In this document: positions 1-7,478 of the stretch, one piece after another
How the letters are laid out: each line of letters starts with the position of its first letter
How positions within the stretch are numbered: position 1 is the stretch's first letter
Assembly (NCBI GenBank): GCA_964491885.1
Contig: CAZBIP010000027.1
Span: 1-24,000, forward strand
Direction: 5' to 3'
Length of the DNA stretch: 24,000 bases
Source of the DNA: an uncultured Vicinamibacterales bacterium
GTDB taxonomy: Bacteria; Acidobacteriota; Vicinamibacteria; Vicinamibacterales; JAKQTR01
The notes under the pieces: generated by a model
The model's database searches: none
What the model saw: only the letters and a program-made list of their open reading frames with translations
Told to the model about the DNA's origin: nothing
Translations under genes and position numbers: made by a program

Positions 1-2355
1 CCCGGAGCGGTGCTGCGCGACGGCCAGGAGATCCCGCCATCGCACGCCGTCCTGGGGGCTGCAGGCAAAGCCCACGCGCAGGACCGAGTCGGGATCGGTC
101 GGCGGCGCGACGTCCGGCGGCAGGGCGGCCGCGATGCGCTGGATCACGAGGGCACCCGCCGCCGGATCCGAGTCACGCATGAGGACGACGAGCGAGTCGT
201 CGGACGGCCTGGCGATCAAGTCGGCCACCCGGGTGGCCTTGCTGAGAGCCATCGTGGCGTGCAGCATCGTGCCTGCGTCTCCCTCGTTCTTCAGGCACAG
301 GACCGCGCGCGTGCGGCCGTGCTCGCCGCCGCTGTCCGTCGCCAGCAATTCGGCGAGGCCCCCGGCCCCGGCCGGGCCCGGCGCCGTCGTCTCGGCCTGC
401 ATCTGCCTGGGGGCCGCGTCGGCGCGGACCGCCCGGTCGAACGCGGCCGCCACCTCGCCCGCGATGAGTTCGATCAACTGGAGCTGCTCGTCCCTGAAGG
501 CGCGCCTCCTGAGGGCGTAGAGCGTCACGACGCCAGCCGTGGTCCCGCTCAGCTTGAGGGGCACGCTCAGCAGGCTTCGGAACTGGGGTTCGATCCCGCT
601 CATGCGCTCGTCCAGGTCGAGGACCGAGTCCTGGTTGATCACCGGCTGGCCGTAGGCGCCGACCCAGCCGGTCACCTTTTCGCCAATCCGCATGCGGGTC
701 CCGCGCGCCAGGGCTTCTCCGAAGCCCGACGCGTAAACCGCCGCCATCTCGTCGGCTTGCTCGTCGCGCCGGTAGAACACGACGAGGCCGGCCGGCGCGA
801 TCTTCAGGAGGTGCCGCGTGACGAGTTCGCAGGTGTCGGTGACGCCGGCGCCCGCGTCGAGGCGCGACAACGCCTCGTGCAGCTGGATCAGCGTCTCCGT
901 GTCGGACAGGCGCAGCTCGATGGGAAGCGGCGTGGTGCTCTCCTGGGCCGGCGCAGCCTGGCTGGACGTGACGGGCGCGACCTCGGCGGGCTCGGCGCCC
1001 GCATCCTCGTAGGGTTCGTACCTGACCGCGTCCTGGATGGACTCGAGGGCGCGGACGACGTCGGGGTCGTACATCGTTCCGGCGCGTTCGCGCACGATGG
1101 CCATGGCCTCGTCGTGCGTCTTGGCGGGCCGGTAGCGGCGGCGCTCGCGCAGGGCGTCGTAGCAGTCCACGACCGAGAGAATGCGCGCGCCGATCGGGAT
1201 GGCCTCGCCCCGGATCCCGTCCGGGTACCCCGTGCCGTCCCAGTTCTCGTGGTGGTGGCGGATGAGCGGAGCCAGAGGGAGCTTGAACGGGATCCGGGAG
1301 ATCATGTCCGCGCCCATCGAGGTGTGGGTCTTCACGATCTCGTATTCCGCGGGCGTCAGCGACCCGGGCTTGTCCAGGATGTGCCTCGGGAGCTTCGTCT
1401 TGCCGTAATCGTGCAGGAGCCCGGCGTAGCTGATGGCGCGAAGTTCCGCCTCGTCGGTGATCCCCAGGTGGCCGGCGAGCTTCACGGCGAACTTCTGCAC
1501 CCGGCGGATGTGGCCCAGCGACTTCACGGGGTCCTGGGCTTCCGCGGTCATGCCGAGCGTTTCGACCAGTTCACCCTCGAGCTTGTCCTTCTCCTCGAGG
1601 TGCTGCTGGTCCGCCTCCAGCTTCTTCTTCGACTGCCAGAGGCTGAGGTACGGCGCGATGACCAGGGGGGCGATGACCGCCAGCGCCTTCACGACGTCGA
1701 TCACGCTCCCGGACGCCAGCGTGACGGCAATCACGACGGCAATCGAGGCATTGCTGAAGTAATTGACGCTCAGGTCGCGGAGGTACTTCCGCCACAGCGG
1801 GAGCGGTGACTGCCCGGTGACGCCGGCCACGGCGAGGGCATTCAGACCGCCGTTCAGGATGAAGTACGTGGCGGTCATGGCGAGCGTCGGCGCGGCGAGC
1901 GCCACCAGGGAGGCCTCGCCGGCCTTGATGGTGGCCAGCCCGCCGGACCAGAGGTACACGTGCGCCGCGACCCACATCGACAGCGCGGGTTCGCCCATGT
2001 CGAACGCGGCCTTCTTGCCCCTGTCTTCCCTGCGCTTTCCCCGGCAGCCCTGGCGCAAGGCGATGACCAGGCCGCTGATCGACACCGTCGCCACGGCGGG
2101 CGCGCCGCCGAAGAGCAGTACCAGCAGGAACAGGAAGATTTCGGTGAACGAGACGTGAGACTTCAGCCCCGGGATCTCGAACGCGCCGGCGTAGTCCGAC
2201 GCGATCGTCAGGACGGCCAGTCCGAGCCACAGGTAGGACACCGGCGACCGGTGGAGCGAGAGCAGGGAGTCTCCGAGCGCGGCGAGACCGAGGACGAACA
2301 CGGCCGCCACGAACGCCCTGTGCAGGCCCGATCGGTGGCTGGCGGTCAGCGTCAC
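1..2355 (-). CDS. Multi-pass membrane HD-GYP domain protein (c-di-GMP phosphodiesterase family) with C-terminal GAF and degenerate GGDEF-like domains; 3' end truncated by the window edge
   Basis: My own minus-strand translation in the phase of codon 1404..1402. That phase has no TTA/CTA/TCA triplet from 2355 down to 1, so the frame is open to the edge; it is absent from the ORF track because it has no stop in the window. N-terminus is VTLTASHRSGLHRAFVAAVFVLGLAALG, followed by several hydrophobic segments (~2340-1650). Then a charged linker KKKLEADQQHLEEKDKLEGE and the HD-GYP core LLHDYGKTKLP...IRHHHENWDGTGYPDGIRGEAIPIGARILSVVDCYDAL (~1560-1040). Then a GAF-like block ...VTGWVGAYGQPVINQD...SLLSVPLKLSGTTAGVVTLYA (~930-480) and a GGDEF-fold-like tail with RPSDDS where GGDEF would sit (193-210). 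The proposed GTG start 2355..2353 overlaps the upstream gene's TGA; this start is uncertain. Confidence 0.8.
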   Translation of the reverse strand, partial: MTLTASHRSGLHRAFVAAVFVLGLAALGDSLLSLHRSPVSYLWLGLAVLTIASDYAGAFEIPGLKSHVSFTEIFLFLLVLLFGGAPAVATVSISGLVIALRQGCRGKRREDRGKKAAFDMGEPALSMWVAAHVYLWSGGLATIKAGEASLVALAAPTLAMTATYFILNGGLNALAVAGVTGQSPLPLWRKYLRDLSVNYFSNASIAVVIAVTLASGSVIDVVKALAVIAPLVIAPYLSLWQSKKKLEADQQHLEEKDKLEGELVETLGMTAEAQDPVKSLGHIRRVQKFAVKLAGHLGITDEAELRAISYAGLLHDYGKTKLPRHILDKPGSLTPAEYEIVKTHTSMGADMISRIPFKLPLAPLIRHHHENWDGTGYPDGIRGEAIPIGARILSVVDCYDALRERRRYRPAKTHDEAMAIVRERAGTMYDPDVVRALESIQDAVRYEPYEDAGAEPAEVAPVTSSQAAPAQESTTPLPIELRLSDTETLIQLHEALSRLDAGAGVTDTCELVTRHLLKIAPAGLVVFYRRDEQADEMAAVYASGFGEALARGTRMRIGEKVTGWVGAYGQPVINQDSVLDLDERMSGIEPQFRSLLSVPLKLSGTTAGVVTLYALRRRAFRDEQLQLIELIAGEVAAAFDRAVRADAAPRQMQAETTAPGPAGAGGLAELLATDSGGEHGRTRAVLCLKNEGDAGTMLHATMALSKATRVADLIARPSDDSLVVLMRDSDPAAGALVIQRIAAALPPDVAPPTDPDSVLRVGFACSPQDGVRWRDLLAVAQHRSG

Positions 2356-3683
2356 GCGCGCTTCTCCTCGACGAGCGCGAACTCGCCGATCTTGCGGTAC
2401 AGGGTCTCGCGGCTGATCTGCAGCACCTGCGCCGTGCGCTTCTTGTTCCACTGCAGCGCGTCGAGCACGCGCTTGATGTGGTCGCGCTCGACGTCCCGCA
2501 GGGGCACCAGCACCGGCGTCTCGGTCCTGGCCGCCGGCACCACGGGATGCAGGAACTGCAGGTCCTTCGCCCGGACGATGCCGTCGCGCGCCGACAGGGC
2601 CGCGCGCGAAATCGTCGTCTCGAGCTCGCGGATGTTGCCGGGCCAGGGGTACGCGGCGAGCAGCGTCAGGGCCTCGGGCGCGAGCCGGCGGGCGTCGAGG
2701 GGCAGCCCCTGGGTGGCGCAGTACCTGGCGAGGAACCGGTCGGCGAGCACGGGGATGTCCGACGGGCGCTCCCGCAGGGCGGGCAGGAGGATGGCGAACG
2801 CGTTGATGCGGTAATAGAGATCCTCGCGGAACGTGCCCTCGCCGACCAGCGCCTCGAGGGGGCGGTTCGTCGCGCAGATGAGGCGGAAGTCCACCTCGAT
2901 GCTCGTGCGGCCGCCGAGGCGTTCCACGCGATGCTCCTCGGTCACGCGCAGGAGCTTTGCCTGCGCCATCGGCGAGAGGTCGCCGACCTCGTCCAGGAAG
3001 AGCGTGCCGTGGTTCGCCTGCTCGATGCGGCCGGGCTTCCGCTCGTAGGCGCCCGTGAACGCGCCTCGCTCGTAGCCGAAGACCTCCGACTCGAAGAGCG
3101 AGTCGGGGAGCGCCGCGCAGTTCACCGCCTGGAACGTCTCGTGCTGCCGGCTGCTGAGCTCGTGGATGATCCGGGCCACGACCTCCTTGCCGGAGCCCGT
3201 GGGCCCGAGGACGAGCACGGAGAGGTCCGTCTTGGCGACGGTGCGGATCGACTCGAAGATGACCATCATCTTCTCGTCGCGGCCGATCATCTCGCGGAAG
3301 CGCTGGATCGACGGCGAACGGTCCTCGGCGGACTCGCCCGGCCGGTCCGCCAGGAAGTCCTCGACGAGGCGCGCCAGCTCGGGGTCGGTCGGGCGCGCGA
3401 ACTGGTAGTGCACCGGGTGGGTGCTCGCGGCGCGCACGACGCCGGCGCTGACCAGCTCGCGCAGGCAGTTCGCCACGTCGACGCGGATGCGGCCGAACGT
3501 CTGCATCAGCGCTTCGATGTCGTAGGTCTCGAAGGGACGGGCGCCCAGGTAGCGGAGGAGGCCCGCGCGCAGCGGCGACTGCACGAGCGCCATGAAGCGC
3601 GCCCTCGCCTGCGCGGCGGCGCGTCCGGATTCGGTCGTGCCGACCGGGCCGGACACGTGGGGTGTGGTGGTTCGATTCAGCAT
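2352..3683 (-). CDS. Sigma-54-dependent transcriptional activator (bacterial enhancer-binding protein, AAA+) with a non-canonical winged-helix-like N-terminal region
   Basis: ORF track 2352..3749 (that start is a GTG). Signatures: Walker A VLVLGPTGSGKEVVA, sigma-54 contact loop ESEVFGYERGAFTGA, Walker B GTLFLDEVGDL, C-terminal Fis-type HTH KKRTAQVLQISRETLYRKI. The first ATG (MLNRTT) at 3683 is preceded by GAACGAGG about 7 nt upstream. I prefer it because a sigma-54-like promoter element lies between 3749 and 3683. The alternative start is GTG 3749. Confidence 0.9.
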   Translation of the reverse strand: MLNRTTTPHVSGPVGTTESGRAAAQARARFMALVQSPLRAGLLRYLGARPFETYDIEALMQTFGRIRVDVANCLRELVSAGVVRAASTHPVHYQFARPTDPELARLVEDFLADRPGESAEDRSPSIQRFREMIGRDEKMMVIFESIRTVAKTDLSVLVLGPTGSGKEVVARIIHELSSRQHETFQAVNCAALPDSLFESEVFGYERGAFTGAYERKPGRIEQANHGTLFLDEVGDLSPMAQAKLLRVTEEHRVERLGGRTSIEVDFRLICATNRPLEALVGEGTFREDLYYRINAFAILLPALRERPSDIPVLADRFLARYCATQGLPLDARRLAPEALTLLAAYPWPGNIRELETTISRAALSARDGIVRAKDLQFLHPVVPAARTETPVLVPLRDVERDHIKRVLDALQWNKKRTAQVLQISRETLYRKIGEFALVEEKRA

Positions 3684-3714
3684 GCCTGCGCCTCGTTCTC
3701 GATCACCCCCTGTC

Positions 3715-3729
3715 TCAAGAGCCGTGCCA
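3715..3729 (-). promoter_or_regulatory. Candidate sigma-54 (-24/-12) promoter for the activator/HD-GYP operon
   Basis: Minus strand reads CTGGCACGGCTCTTGAGA, i.e. TGGCACG-N4-TTGA against consensus TGGCACG-N4-TTGC(A/T). The -24 GG (3728/3727) and the -12 position (3715) have the canonical 12-nt spacing, but the conserved -12 C is an A. The predicted start site is near 3703, leaving a ~20 nt leader with GAACGAGG before ATG 3683. Confidence 0.45.
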
Positions 3730-3802
3730 GGGGGCCAGGAACGAGGCACCGGTGCGAATCAGGCCTGTTTTCACGAGATCCGTGCGAGGCCGCCGGCCGG
3801 GC

Positions 3803-3909
3803 GGCTACGCGAAGTGAGGCTTCCAGCCGTCCCGGCTACACGAAGTGTGAGGTTTCGAGGCACGCGGGGCGGCTGCGGTGAACCGATCTGAGACACGAAG
3901 CTGGAGGGC
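3803..3909. repeat. Three direct copies of an AC(G/A)CGAAG..GAGG motif in the intergenic region upstream of the activator operon (candidate upstream activating sequences)
   Basis: Copy 1 is 3803-3823 GGCTACGCGAAGTGAGGCTTC. Copy 2 is 3834-3856 GGCTACACGAAGTGTGAGGTTTC (19 of 21 aligned positions identical, plus a TG indel). Copy 3 is 3893-3909 ACACGAAGCTGGAGGGC (core ACACGAAG identical to copy 2, GAGG retained). Core-to-core spacing is 31 and 55 nt. The repeats lie roughly 80-180 nt upstream of the sigma-54-like element. Confidence 0.6.
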
Positions 3910-3954
3910 TGTCGCAGCCCGCTGGATTCGCGCGGGAAAAGTGGCAGGAGGCCG

Positions 3955-3994
3955 GCGCGCCGGGGTGTCCCGCGACGAGACACCCCGGGCGCGC
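3955..3994 (-). terminator. GC-rich hairpin 15 nt downstream of the tricorn-type protease stop (possible intrinsic terminator without an adjacent U-tract)
   Basis: CCGGGGTGTC (3960-3969) pairs perfectly with GACACCCCGG (3979-3988) around a 9-nt loop. The stem extends by 5 more G:C pairs (3955-3959 with 3990-3994) across a 1-nt bulge (3989). On the minus strand a CTTTTCCC run follows only after ~14 nt, so it is not a textbook terminator. Confidence 0.4.
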
Positions 3995-4008
3995 GCAGAC
4001 CGGGCGGG

Positions 4009-7000
4009 CTACTTCTTGACCGGCAGGGGCGGCGGCGGCGCCAGTTTCACCGGGGCCTTCTTCAGGAGGTCGAGGACGACCTCGATGGCCTTGTCCAGCT
4101 GCTGGTCCTCGCCGGCGTACTCGCGGGCCGGGTCGTTGTCCACGACGATGTCCGGTTCCACGCCGACGCCTTCGATCACCCAGGTCGTTCCCGCGACGTC
4201 GTAGCGCGAGTACTCGGGCCGGTTCAGCACGCCCCCGTCGAGGAGCGGCAGCGTCCCGCGGATGCCCACGACCCCGCCCCACGTGCGCTTGCCGATCACG
4301 GGGCCGATCTTGTGCGTCTTGAACCGGTAGGTCACGAGGTCGCCGTCCGACGCGGAGAACTCGTCGGCCAGGAGGACCTTCGGGCCGAGGATCATCGCGC
4401 CGGGATTCGTCCGCGGGTTCCCGTTCCGCGCGATGTCCACCATGACGAGCTCGCGCCTCAGCCGCTCGATGATCATCGGCGACACGTTGCCGCCGCCGTT
4501 GCTCCGGACGTCGACGACGAGCGCGTCCTTTTCGGTCTGGGGATAGAAGTACTTCGCGAACTCGTTCAGGCCGGGCACGCCCATGTCGGGAATGTGCACG
4601 TACCCGACGCGGCCGCCCGTGGCCTTCGACACCTTCTCGAGATTGCCCCTGACCCAGTCGAAGTAGTAGAGGCCGCGCTCGTCTTCGACGGGGACCACGA
4701 CCGTGTCGCGCGCGCCCTCGGAGACCGGTTTCGCGTTCAGCTTCAGGGTGACCTGCTTGCCGGCCTTGCCGACGAGCGCCTCCCAGATGTCCGTGAGGCC
4801 GGCGGTCGGCCGTCCGTCCACCTCGAGGATGTAGTCGCCGGCCTTCGCGTCGACGCCGATGTCCGTCAGCGGCGAACGGAGCGCCGGGTCCCAGTTCTGG
4901 CCCTCGAAGATCTTCGTGATGCGGAACGCCTTCGACTGCGGGTCGCGCTCGACCCGCGCGCCGAGCATCCCCATCGGGACCCGTTCGAGGCGGGGCAGGT
5001 CGCCGCCGCCGACGTAGGTGTGCCCGGTGGTCAACTCGCCGATCATCTCGCCGATGAGGTACGTCAGGTCGGCGCGGTGGTTCACGTGGGCCAGCAGGGG
5101 CTCGTAGGTCCGCCGCACGCCGGCCCAGTCCACGCCGTGCATGTTCGGCGCGTAGAAGAAGTCGCGCATCTGGCGCCACGACTCCTGGAAGATCTGCCGC
5201 CATTCGGCGCGGCGGTCGAGCGTCACCTTCAGGTCGCCGAGGTCCAGGAACTCGCGCGGTTCGGCCTTGCCGGCCGGCGCGTCGATGATCGCGTAGCGCT
5301 GGCCCTGCTGGGCAATCAGCATCTTCTTGCCGTCCGCGGACAGCTCGAAGCCGAGGCCCGCGCCCACCTGGGTCTCGGCCTGCTTCTCCAGGTCGTAGAC
5401 GTACAGCGCCGGCGCCTCGCGCGCGTTCGATCGCGCGTAGTAGAGCCGGCTGCCGGCCGGGGCCAGCGACCGATAGGTGCCCGGCGGCGTCGGGATCACG
5501 CCGATGCGCGCCGCCAGGCCCTCGGCGTCCACCTTCACGGCCGGCGCCCCGTCGTCCTTCCTCGGCGGGGCCGCCTTCGTGTCGGCGGCCCTCGCGTCGG
5601 CCGCTTTCGCCGCCTCGCCGGACTTCACCTCGGCCGGCTTCGCGGCGTCCTCTTTCACCTTCACCTCGTCGCTCTTCGGGGCGAACGGGCTCTTCGTGTC
5701 CTTCGCGAGCGTCACGAAGTAGATCCGGGCCATGTCGGTGTAGACGTGCTGGAACTCCGTCTGCCCGTACGTCGGGTTGAAACTCCGCGCCGACACGAAG
5801 AAGAGCAGCTTGCCGTCGGTGCTGAAGGCGGGCGTCGACGACGCGAACCACGCGTCCGTCGCCGCGACGGTCTGCTTCGAGTCGAGCGAGTAGAGGTAGA
5901 TGCGCTGCGGGCCCTTGACCTCCGGCTTCGCGTAGGCGACCCACCGGCTGTCGGGCGCCCAGGCGTACTCCCGGAACTCGAACGCCGCCGACTCCGCCAC
6001 CAGCGTGACCGCCCTCGTCGCGACGTCCGCGATGTGCAGCCGCTGCTGGCGATCGGACCACATCAGCTTCGTGCTGTCGGGCGACCACACCGGCTGGTAC
6101 TTGTAGTTCGCGCCGCCCGACGTGACCTGGACGACGGCGCCGCGGCCGTCCTGGGGCGCGACGTAGATCTCGTCCTCGCCCGTCGCGTCGGAGATGTAGG
6201 CGATCCAGCGGCCGTCGGGGGACCACTTCGAGCCGCGTTCGTGCACCCCGGGCGTGCGCGTCAGGTTGCGCGTCGGCCCGTGCTTGGCCGGTACCGTGAA
6301 GACGTCGCCGCGCGCGCCGAACAGCGCCCGGCTCCCGTCGGGCGCGATCTCGAAGTTGGTCACGCTCCGGCTGACGTCCACGATCGACGCCCGGCCGCCG
6401 TCGAAGTCCTCGCGGATCGCGATGGGCACCTTGACCGCGCGCTCGGTCCGCAGGTCGAGCGTGTAGATCCAGCCGCCGTTCTCGAACACGATCGCCGCGT
6501 CGCCCATCGACGGGAACTTGACGTCGAACTCCGTGAACGACGTCAGCGCCTTGGTCTGCTTCGAGGCGAGGTCGTAGCGGTACAGGTTCATGCGCCCGCG
6601 CTCGCCCCGGTCTGACGCGAAGTAGATCGTCGAGCCCTTCCACATCGGGATGATGTCCTGGGCGGGGCTGCCCGTCAGGTTGACCGTGGTCTTCGCGGCG
6701 AAGTCGTGGAGCCAGACGTCGTCGGCCTGGCCGCCCCGGTAGCGCTTCCAGGTCCGGAACTCGCGGAAGACCCGGTTGTAGACGAACTGCTTCCCGTCGG
6801 GCGAGAACATGCCGAACCCGCCCCGGGGCAGCGGCAGCTCTTCGAGAGGGCCGCCGGCGACCGACGCGAGGTAGAGCTGGCCGCGGAAGTCGTTCCACTC
6901 GGTCCTGCGAGAACGGAAGAGGACCTGGGTGGCGTTCTTCCACCCCAGCACGATGTTGTTCGGGCCCATCCGGTCGGACACGTCGTCGCGGCCCAGCGTG

Positions 7001-7344
7001 GCGGTGTACGTGAGCCGCCTCGGCACGCCGCCGTCGGCGGCCATGACGTAGACCTCGGTGTTCCCGTCGTACTGGCCCGTGAAGGCGAGTTGCTTTCCGT
7101 CCGGGGAGAAACGCGCGAACATCTCAAACCCGACGTCGCTCGTCAGCCGCCGGGCCACGCCGCCCGTGGCGGGCACGGTGAACAGATCTCCGGCGTAGGT
7201 GAAGACGATCTGGTTGCCGTGGATGGCGGGGAAGCGCAGCAGCCGGGCGTCGTCGCCGGCCGCGGTTTGCGTGTGCACGGTGGCGGTGCCGGCGGCGAGC
7301 GCCAACGCAGCCGCGGAGAGAAGCAGCAGGGCGGTTCGTTTCAT
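4009..7344 (-). CDS. Secreted tricorn-type protease homolog (peptidase S41B: beta-propeller domains + PDZ-like + S41 catalytic core)
   Basis: ORF track 4009..7659. The real start is most likely ATG 7344, since MKRTALLLLSAAALALAAGTATVHTQ looks like a signal peptide and GGAG lies 9-12 nt upstream. LLRFPAIHGNQIVFTYAGDLFTVPATGG..RLTS...FSPDGKQLAFTGQYDGNTEVYVM is the typical tricorn/TolB-like propeller opening. SPDG/WSPDG blade motifs recur. S41 core motifs are LVVDVRSNGGGNVS and LLADEFSASDGDLVTYRFK. Confidence 0.88.
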   Translation of the reverse strand: MKRTALLLLSAAALALAAGTATVHTQTAAGDDARLLRFPAIHGNQIVFTYAGDLFTVPATGGVARRLTSDVGFEMFARFSPDGKQLAFTGQYDGNTEVYVMAADGGVPRRLTYTATLGRDDVSDRMGPNNIVLGWKNATQVLFRSRRTEWNDFRGQLYLASVAGGPLEELPLPRGGFGMFSPDGKQFVYNRVFREFRTWKRYRGGQADDVWLHDFAAKTTVNLTGSPAQDIIPMWKGSTIYFASDRGERGRMNLYRYDLASKQTKALTSFTEFDVKFPSMGDAAIVFENGGWIYTLDLRTERAVKVPIAIREDFDGGRASIVDVSRSVTNFEIAPDGSRALFGARGDVFTVPAKHGPTRNLTRTPGVHERGSKWSPDGRWIAYISDATGEDEIYVAPQDGRGAVVQVTSGGANYKYQPVWSPDSTKLMWSDRQQRLHIADVATRAVTLVAESAAFEFREYAWAPDSRWVAYAKPEVKGPQRIYLYSLDSKQTVAATDAWFASSTPAFSTDGKLLFFVSARSFNPTYGQTEFQHVYTDMARIYFVTLAKDTKSPFAPKSDEVKVKEDAAKPAEVKSGEAAKAADARAADTKAAPPRKDDGAPAVKVDAEGLAARIGVIPTPPGTYRSLAPAGSRLYYARSNAREAPALYVYDLEKQAETQVGAGLGFELSADGKKMLIAQQGQRYAIIDAPAGKAEPREFLDLGDLKVTLDRRAEWRQIFQESWRQMRDFFYAPNMHGVDWAGVRRTYEPLLAHVNHRADLTYLIGEMIGELTTGHTYVGGGDLPRLERVPMGMLGARVERDPQSKAFRITKIFEGQNWDPALRSPLTDIGVDAKAGDYILEVDGRPTAGLTDIWEALVGKAGKQVTLKLNAKPVSEGARDTVVVPVEDERGLYYFDWVRGNLEKVSKATGGRVGYVHIPDMGVPGLNEFAKYFYPQTEKDALVVDVRSNGGGNVSPMIIERLRRELVMVDIARNGNPRTNPGAMILGPKVLLADEFSASDGDLVTYRFKTHKIGPVIGKRTWGGVVGIRGTLPLLDGGVLNRPEYSRYDVAGTTWVIEGVGVEPDIVVDNDPAREYAGEDQQLDKAIEVVLDLLKKAPVKLAPPPPLPVKK

Positions 7345-7367
7345 GGGCGTGTGTCTCCGTTGTCGGG

Positions 7368-7373
7368 ATTCTA
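7368..7373 (-). promoter_or_regulatory. Candidate -10 hexamer (TAGAAT) for the protease gene
   Basis: Minus strand reads GCGTGTAGAATCCCGACAACGGAGACACACGCCCATG. TAGAAT ends 23 nt before ATG 7344, which leaves room for a ~17 nt leader containing GGAG. No convincing -35 element is present. Confidence 0.3.
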
Positions 7374-7478
7374 CACGCCCGGCGGCACGGGCCGCCACGG
7401 TGACCGGCCGCCGGGGCGGTTCTGGATGGTGCCTGTCGCGGGAAGGTCCGGGCTCACGGCCCGGTGGGACTAGAACCC

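Noticed and set aside
10-1809. 599-aa plus-strand ORF (and nested ORFs 134..520, 818..1012, 1181..1408, 1433..1762, 1571..2230, 1763..2158, 1960..2814)
   Set aside because: Its composition is Arg/Gly/Ala/Asp-rich with no recognisable motif. It is the codon-phase antisense shadow of the minus-strand HD-GYP gene, whose translation shows clear domain signatures.
3836-6943. 1035-aa minus ORF and 767-aa plus ORF (4312..6615) overlapping the protease gene
   Set aside because: These are alternative-frame and antisense shadows. The sequences are low-complexity R/G/P/A-rich with no motifs, while the 4009..7344 frame carries coherent propeller and S41 signatures.
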